This document shows positions 1 to 64,000 of a stretch of 64,000 nucleotides of DNA, one piece after another. Below the pieces are notes generated by a model. It searched no databases. It was not told the origin of the DNA and saw nothing but the letters and a program-made list of their open reading frames with translations. The position numbers and the translations under genes are program-made. Source of the stretch: Glycera tridactyla. Its lineage: Eukaryota. How positions within the stretch are numbered: the stretch's first letter is position 1; each line of letters begins with the position of its first letter. Where the stretch lies: the NCBI GenBank assembly GCA_965644265.1, contig OZ286459.1, forward strand, positions 128,216,001 through 128,280,000, in the 5' to 3' direction.

Positions 1-3000
1 TCATTCATTATACAAATGGTAGATTAATAGGTCTCACTGCGATACACCTGGTGATCAGAATACCAAGTCATGACACTAGCAGGGCCCTTTTTATCCATGT
101 CAATCCCAGATATACATCCAACCTATGAGATAAGGCACTAAAAGATCGGATATTCCATACATGTAAATTCATGTGCATAGAAGGGCAGGGAAGGTATGCT
201 TGAAAGAGCTGCATACATACCTATGAATATATGTATGTAAATACATGCACATGCATGTGGAGGATGGAATATCCAGCATGATAAGTGTCTATACCCTGAT
301 GACCTTTAGGTTATTATCTCTGATTTCTCTATTCCATCCATATTTTGGTTCAATTGAAAAAAGAAACTAATCTAGCAAACTTATGCAACGCAGAAAATCA
401 CTGGTTGACGAATAAAAACAAAGAGTGACAAACTTGAAGACCACACTGTTTCAAATGTATCATGTTAGATGGAATGTATAGTTAGTGACTTAAGAAATGT
501 ATGCAAGAGAAATAACAGAAAAAAAAACTTCATCAATTTCACTGCTGGAAGGATATCATCAAGCAATTCTAGGCTGGACAATTTGTCATGCTATATAGCA
601 AGTATTTTACTAATGTTGCTTCAGCACATATTCATCCCAATCATAGCTCACTGATATGAATCAAGTGCTAATAATGAAACAATAGCTCTCTGCTGGCATT
701 GGAGTATCTTTGGTGTCACAAAATGTTTGGATGGTTCAATATCACTTTCCATGAATATGATGCAATGTTAACATGCATTAGATGCGCACTACCATCTCAC
801 ATCTCTCATCAGTTTGTTGTCCGATGAGTAGAATTAGTGATCATCTGAGTATGGAATGCCGTCAATAAAGATCAATAGGCATGACATGGTAGATCCTGAC
901 TCCTCTGTATACTCCTTTCACCCGGAGAGGGACATAATATCAGTGAAAACTTCTCGAGAGCCATAGCATCATTGAAAATTTTGAGCTATAAATGTGGAGC
1001 CATATGAGCAGTAATGTGAAGATAAGGCAATTCTACTGACAGTTCATCAACCAATATGAACCCCAGTATGACCTATTATGCATGAGCTGCTGGGCATTCA
1101 ATCCTGACAGGATAGTCCCCTTATAATGCGCGTGCGAAAACTATGAATGTATCTCTATTCCACTCGAAATGTCTATATACCCAGGATGCTCAACTGGCTT
1201 AAGATTATTGAACTGTATAGGAAAAAACTAAGAAATAGAAAAATTAAGCAGTCGATGAAGCAAAGCCAAACAATCAAACAAGTGCTGGCAAGAAAATTAA
1301 ATACTTTCATCTCTGTAATCATGAGTGTGCTTTGAAATAGTATCATACAATGTGATGATTTGCCACTTCCTTCATCAGGGATAACCCTTGCACCTCTAGA
1401 TAGAAACATTACTCCAAGCCACCCATCAGGAGGAGATCAACAACATCCCCAGGCAATGAGCAAAGCCGAACTCATCATCCCAATAATAGACATCAAATCA
1501 GCTTACATCGTAAGAGATAGGTGGGATTTCCCAAGAACATTACCGGCCATACTGTGTTCTATGAGTGAAGACCTCGTTGATTGGGCATTCCCCATAATTT
1601 CAAGCTAATGTGATACTAGGGAAATTCATTACCTGGAGGGCCATTACTCTCCAGGGGCCAGGAGGTCAAATTACCATCCTACCAAGGAAAGATGATTGGG
1701 AACACATGTTGGTTGGCACATGGTTGTTTGTGATGACAAAGATTCACTGCACTTTTGTACATGTATTTTGATTTTATATTGTATTATTTTCTCTTGAAGA
1801 GACACGGCAAGTCATACTTTCCCTCCAACTTCTAGTCTGACTAATTGTTCGTGCACAATTTCACTTTATAGTATAACTTGTGGTTTTGTTCGTATACAGT
1901 ATTGGCTCTATTGAGTGTCAGGAGATTTTTCCCTCTGACTGGCCATTGTACAACTGATCTGTGACATAGCCTGGAATAATATGAGAGCACCCCTCGAGGT
2001 CTTCACTTGATGACCAGAGTATACCAGGAACCAGATTGGCTACATCGAAATTGTAGCAATCTTTTCGATCCTGCACACGTGTGTCTGGGTGTGTCTGTGT
2101 GTTTGTGTGAGTGTGTGTGTGTGTATCTCCAGACAGCAAAAATGTAAAATGCCTGAGATATGAGAGAACATGACTATCAAATGTTCAATCTATCACAAAT
2201 CTTTTGATGAGCCTTGATATATGAGCTGCCATTTGACCATACAAAGTGATTCCCTACCAGTCTGACTACTCAAATGATCATCCATCCATTGTGTGAAATT
2301 GACCTACATCTAGATGAGTAACCTTCGCATGAGAGTATTCGTCTTCAGACTGATATGGTAGTAAAAGGCAGCAAACGCAGGTTCAACAGCTGTGAGGCAG
2401 ACTGGAGAGGTACAGGGTTTCCATTCAGGTAACTCCACACAGTCTTGTTCATGGAGAAAAATGAAATCTGCTTCATGATAGAACACTCCTGTGCTTTAAT
2501 TATGTTATAAACTTCACATTTCACACAGCAATACATTGTGATGAATGACCCTTGAGTAAAGCTCGTAAATGATAAACAAATGAATTCATATTCAATCTTA
2601 AGAGGCATTCATCCCATCTAAAATGACACAAAATCAAGCAGCACTCGAACTCCAGTTATCAGATAGTTTGCTCCAATTCCACCTTGAAAATACATAATGA
2701 TGACCGTGGAAATTCTGAATCCTAGTTATAGATTCATTTCAACAATGAGGTACAAAATTTTAGAGAAACATAGAAAACATTAACAATTTGTAGTTTGAAA
2801 CCTGTAAAAGACAAAGAACTATTCGATATTATTGAGAACAAATACGAATATCCAACCACACTCTTTGAAGTCTTCCTATATGAAATATAGACTACCCTAA
2901 ATAGAATCTCCTCACAATATATTCCAGCAAACCAATGATGGTGAATGTCATACATCGTTACAATTGAACAGAATCACCAGTGATTTATTGGTGTGAGGAA

Positions 3001-3505
3001 TGGTGTTTTCCTGCTACTCTACATGATTGAAACTCCAATTTAGAGTAAGAATAGGTCTGTTTCAGTTCCCAACAGGCCTTGATAGGAATTTCTCTCTGTT
3101 TTTCACTCATTATGAAGATTAAGAGACACATCCGGGACAAAAGAAAGATGCAAATTGCAGGTTTAGATGTGGGCCATGACTTGATTTAATATGAGGTAAT
3201 TATTCACTGATATGGGAAGGGAGAGGGTGATTTCGGTGATTCCAGAGGAACCGGATCACTATTCAATAGAAACTGATCAACACAAATGACAGAATTTACA
3301 TGGCAAATCTGATACATGTCCATTTCGGAGAATAGGATATAAGATACAAAATAAACTCCATATAGGAAAACTGGTATGTCCCACATAAATGGAGTGGCCA
3401 TACCACAGGTATGGTGAGATAAACATGCAAAATGAGCAAATGAATAAAGGAGCGAGAGAATTGGCAAGGACAATGATGTAGTCCATCACTAGTGTTCTAC
3501 ACTAC

Positions 3506-3556
3506 CTCAAATGTCACAACGTTTTCTTCACCCTCTTCGCCTGCTTCTTCATCTCC
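3506..3556 (-). CDS. Candidate 51-nt exon (GDEEAGEEGEENVVTFE)
   Basis: cacttccatcatag acceptor, GAG|gtagtg donor; phase 0-0; purine-rich exon-like composition against AT-rich flanks. Confidence 0.65.
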
Positions 3557-3737
3557 CTATGATGGAAGTGACAGTATGCACATATGGAGAAATCCATTAG
3601 CTTGAGGAAACTATGCCACACCATCATGCAATAGTATTGAAACTTACATGTGATAACACACGCATACACACACACTCATATTGGTATTAGTGAATATGTT
3701 AACTGTGCAAAGGATTTTTCTGATAAATAAACTGTAC

Positions 3738-3770
3738 CTCAAGTAAAGAAGCAGTTACTGAATTTGAAGA
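3738..3770 (-). CDS. Candidate 33-nt microexon (SSNSVTASLLE)
   Basis: aattcctttgcag acceptor, GAG|gtacag donor; phase 0-0; no stop codon. Confidence 0.45.
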
Positions 3771-6584
3771 CTGCAAAGGAATTCATATAGTCAGGCACGC
3801 AAAATTATGCATCGTCTATGTATCAAGATTGCCTCATTGATCAGGAAAAGAAAATAAATATCCGAGCTTGCCACCTGTTATCATCCAAGATGCTAGAAAA
3901 TATGCATTCACAGAAGATGAATTGAGAATAATAGTTCATGCATCTCATGGTGAGATATCAATTCCTATCTGCAAAACAGAACAGGTATCACAGAAGGTAA
4001 GCTGGAATTGTCAGGCTGTATAATAAACATATCAATTCATTCTTGTCACATCAAGGATGATCCTTATCTCTAGAATGTTGAGCCCTGCCTCATCACAACA
4101 CAATCAAAGGTTAGAGACACAATGTTAACAAATCAATGCAGAGTGAAAATAATCAAACCTAAGATCTGGTATATGATAACTGAAACGTTGTGACAATTCA
4201 TATCATCTCACTTAGAATCCATATATTACTGGGGATGATGTCACCGAGCAATCTCCAAATATATCAACACAAAACAAGTCCCATGTGAATGAACTGACAA
4301 AGTGAGATTCGTATATTGTAGGTGTAAATGTTTTTTGATTGAATCATTACTTGTTGGAGCTTAGAAGTAGTATGCAGCCATGATGCACGCATATTGGGAA
4401 GAACCTTATTCCAGCTAAATGTACCCTACCGGAAGAAGTTTGGTCAGCAGAATATATATAAAATGAAACTGAACACTAGCTTATTGAACGAAATGATTGC
4501 TCAATGAACAAAATATACAACAGAATGCAGAAATATATACATATACGTAATGACTGTGTTCATGCAGGGTTTTTCATCATCAGCCTTGATAGGTACATTA
4601 ATGAGAATCACAAATATCATCATATTCACAATTATCCCATGCTAAATGCAATGAATTGTTTTGGACAGATGAAAACTTCTATGACCAGAAATGTGCAGAT
4701 ATATTTGTGGTGGATATAGACATCATGCAGGATCTTTTTTCAAGCAGATAACAAACAGGACACGGTGTTCCATGGAAAGATACACTATTTTATCGTAATA
4801 TGTTCATGATGCTAGGTTAACATATCTTAGGGATGATAGGGCCTATCCATTTGAGGCTGCGGTATCAGAAACACAGTCAAATACCATGACTGATGCATCC
4901 ATTGCTGATGTAAACATAAGACAGTCCTAGGTCTAGCAAGGCTATCTTGTCCATTGTAAAACCACTGTATGTAAAAATGTCCTGGACACTGAACATAGCA
5001 AATGAATCAAAAAGCAAATGGTAAGTTTTAGAAGCAGCATCAAACAATATATCTGTCAAATGGGAATTCATCTCCGGATCTACTCCACAAAATTATTCAG
5101 CCGCAGCACAATTATCAACGATGACTGAATAGCTTATCCAATTTTGAGATAAGGAATACTAAATCATTCTTGGCGGGAAATATCACAAATCATCACAATC
5201 TCGAATGCCTGTCAAGAAGGGAGGAGAATTCATTATATTCGACGTGGAGGATGTAACCAAACAGGCAGTGAATTTCAACACCATCAATAATGATATCCAT
5301 TGGCACATCATCTTGATGCAACAATCTGTTTGAAAATATTATTGATTGCAGCTCCAGACCATGATAGTGATTTAAGTATACCGATATTTCTGCAAAATAG
5401 CCATTTTCGTTCTGAGGATGAACTACATTGTAAGCTATCCTTGATCCAGAGAATGAACAGATTAAAAAATAAGTTAATCTAAGATGTATTCATGTTCCGA
5501 TTCCTCTTTCTGAGCTCCTTTCATGAAATTCTCCAACAAAACTGACTATTCAATGGATCGATCTGGTTGGTCGGTCCTCATCACTGACATGATGAGATTC
5601 AGTGGTAAGTGCCTAATCAGATAACCCGAATACAACAGTGAATAGGTTGTTAGGGAAGATGCATCAAGAAGGAAACCCTTTTATGAATATGTGCATACAT
5701 TCGATCATCCAAGTGAATGATATTCACAATAGAATAAGGAACTGACCAGAAAACACCATCAATGTCTGTGGTGACCATATCATTCTATCCAGTCACATAC
5801 CTGACAATGCTAGTGTTCACGATCTTAATCAACCTCACATTGAGTGAATATCATGAATATAGATGAAGCTTGGGTGGAACAATTAATGTATAAAACAGAA
5901 ACGAGAATGATGTTGCACATATGCTGCTGCTATCTGTCTGGGCATATTCGATACAAAATGGACATTCATTTCGAATATCATTTGTTCCGGATCATCAAAG
6001 TTATGCTGATCTCACATCCTGGGGAATAGACATATCAAAGGTATGGCGGAGGATGGTGATACAGCCATGTTGAAGGGAAATTTGCAATGATTGCAACAAT
6101 CCTGATGAGAAGTGACTATCAACAGACTCACCCACATACTTATTTGCAGATGATCATAATTGTCCTCAGAATTAGATATGGCGATCAAAACATCCAGAGC
6201 ATTTGTTTCCAGTGAGGGATCATGTCAAATCTTTCATCTCCATCTTGGGATAGCTTGCATATATGTGACAGTACCTCCATGACCCGTAACCAAATATATA
6301 CATGAATGATGCAAAAAAAAGCTTATCAAAGTTCATGAAAACTGATACCTCAATAACAAAATGCATTCATAATATGTAATATTGGATGGGATTGGTTTTG
6401 GTAGCAGAGCTTGAAGAAAAAGGTGGTCCAAATATGAAAAGCTGGCTGCATATGGAATTCTCCATAGTTGGCATGCGGTTCACGTCGATGCTCTCATGAA
6501 ATTGTGGGAAACATCTGCGAATTTCATAAATAGTTCAAAGGGATATAATAAACAATTAGTTGGGTTGAATAAATCAATTCTTAC

Positions 6585-6605
6585 CAGGAACTCATCACCC
6601 TCATC
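6585..6605 (-). CDS. Candidate 21-nt microexon (DEGDEFL)
   Basis: atatgccctcaccag acceptor, CTG|gtaaga donor; phase 0-0 in the phase-0 intron after exon 20. Confidence 0.55.
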
Positions 6606-8480
6606 CTGGTGAGGGCATATGTTGAAATGTACAGCAGAAATATACATTTGCACTTGAGTAAATCCTGCTTTGATCACCTACTGGAAATCATCCTCATTCA
6701 AATGAAGATACAAGATGCAAAACAGACTTGATCGATGCCATTGCTAACCCTCTGTGTAATGTGGTATAAATATACATCTTGTCTATAGTTCTGACTCTAT
6801 TATATAACAGTGAATGCGGCTATGACACCATCATATCGCACTACAAGTAATGAAGATGCTCCCTTTAGACTGTTCAGTTAAGCTAACAGAGAGAACATTT
6901 GGCAAATCTCCTACCATATATTCTTTATCTCGAGTATGTCAAAAGAGAATGGGAACCCTGTTCCTATCACAAAATGTTAGCGGTAGTTGGCTGCAACTGG
7001 ACACCCCGCTGGTTCATATATCTGAGAATATACACAAGTGCACAGATATGTACAAACTCAACCATGCGAATGAAACCAGAAAGTGAAATAAACAGCGTAT
7101 CTAACACATACTCTTGCCTTACCATACGATCTTCTTTGTCAATATTCAAGTGGACCAGCAATTAAGCTTATTGGAAACATTGATATCCGTCACTTTGAAA
7201 AAGAGTGTGTATGTATGCACACACATGACTGTCGAAATCACCTAGCATTCATGACATTGTGAAATTACTTCCAGGGCTAACTAGAGAATGTGGAATCTGG
7301 AGTTAGGAGTGCATGTTCAAACCAGGAAAAGGTCAGCTCTGAAGAAGCCAGTGATACACAGGAATTTTGATGGTGTATCAAGATGACATTGTGATGATAG
7401 ACTTATTTCCGAATTTTGCCTAAATCCAATTGCTTCCCAACATGATGATGTGTGAATGCACGATTTAGGCTCTTATAACTTTTGAATTGTGGAATACACA
7501 AAAAAGGGAAGTATTTCTGAATCAATTTGCAGACCAAAATTAAATGGCACTGAATGATAGGAAAGGTGAGGTGAAACAATTGGCCTATTCGACTGGTCGG
7601 TCTCCGTTGAATGTCCGTTGCAGAAATGTACTCAACGAACGTGTCCCACTCACATAGGTTTCGTTCAACGAGTTCAACGTCATTGTGATGATAAATTTAG
7701 TCATATCGGTCACTGCGATATTTTCACTGAGATCAGGAATTATGGAGGAAGGATGCTACAATTATGGTTGCAGCCATGTTCACTGAATCAAAGAAACTTC
7801 TTCAGGAAGGGAGACATGGCTACAAAGCATGAGTCCCATCAATCTCATGCAACACTGCTGTAACATCCAATTATGGAGCTGACCAAATGAATTCCGAGTA
7901 TTCACAGTATTCAATAATAGTATATGTCGGAGCCACAATTACACTAAGAGAGACTAATACAGTTGGTCGGCTGTCGAAATCAGAAAAATGAGAGAGCAAG
8001 TTAGTATGGGCAAGGATTAGTATGTAGCAGAATCAATCCTACTACATCATCTCACATTCGTTTCGGGTCTGCCAAGTTCAAAACAAAGCACTACACATCA
8101 AAATTTGGTTCTACTCATTAGCTGTGGGTCGGTCATGCTGACAACATGGCAAACTAGTATGGGTTACACCATAGAACACTGCCTCAAACACTTTCGAGCA
8201 ATATACAGTGTATGAAAGTGCCATCCAGACACCAATTTTGCACGAAAAATATTCTTTTGTTCTGCTAGGGCATATCATAGATAGAATTATCTTTTCATTT
8301 GACATTCTCATATCATATCCGAATAGAGACCCAATCTAAATTGTTGAAATACAACTGAAATCATCACGACCTTTCATGTCATGAGTTTCATCACTGCAAA
8401 CTTCTGCATGGAAATGTTGGAGGCTTTTGTCTGTGATAGGGTATATTGCTACTGGTCACTTTATATATTACAGTACTAAC

Positions 8481-63841
<55,361 letters not shown>

Positions 63842-64000
63842 CTGGAAATCAGTTAGAACCAACATAGGTGAAGGAATTAGTCTTGTATGTCAACAAAGAA
63901 GTTCACGATAGATTCAGGTGATAGTATCTATCAAACACATCCATATAGAGTAATGTGATATCATTCACAACATCAACATGAAAAACACTCTTGAGTAAGT

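Noticed and set aside
2640-2693. ttttcaag|GTGGAATTGGAG (VELEQ) as the expected VYxxELE exon
   Set aside because: A stop follows after 7 codons and there is no further similarity; the true C2E-proximal exon appears to lie beyond position 1.
6016-6018. 3-nt microexon GAT between ttccccag and gtgaga
   Set aside because: Frame-compatible but too short to tell from chance without reads.

Overview
AT-rich eukaryotic (probably marine invertebrate) genomic DNA. The window is spanned by the internal part of one minus-strand gene, an otoferlin-like type II ferlin. I traced 20 frame-consistent exons (63841 down to 8481; 3579 nt, 1193 codons) covering the end of C2B, FerI, C2C, FerA, FerB, C2D, C2DE and the charged linker before C2E. 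There is no DysF domain. The N-terminal exons and the C2E/C2F/TM exons lie outside the window. The main hidden structure is an alternative-splicing layer that the ORF track misses. It includes (i) a pair of 85-nt homologous, apparently mutually exclusive exons that swap the loop-3 region of C2B (63757-63841 and 62029-62113), (ii) a 36-nt in-frame exon in a CpG-rich patch that also carries a perfect-Kozak ATG and could start a short isoform, (iii) several frame-preserving micro/cassette exon candidates (6, 21, 33, 48 and 51 nt), (iv) a GC-AG intron, and (v) a duplicated splice acceptor carrying a stop codon. The introns also hold short inverted-repeat elements, tandem duplications, microsatellites and two assembly gaps. 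All exon calls come from manual translation and splice-phase bookkeeping. No database search was run.
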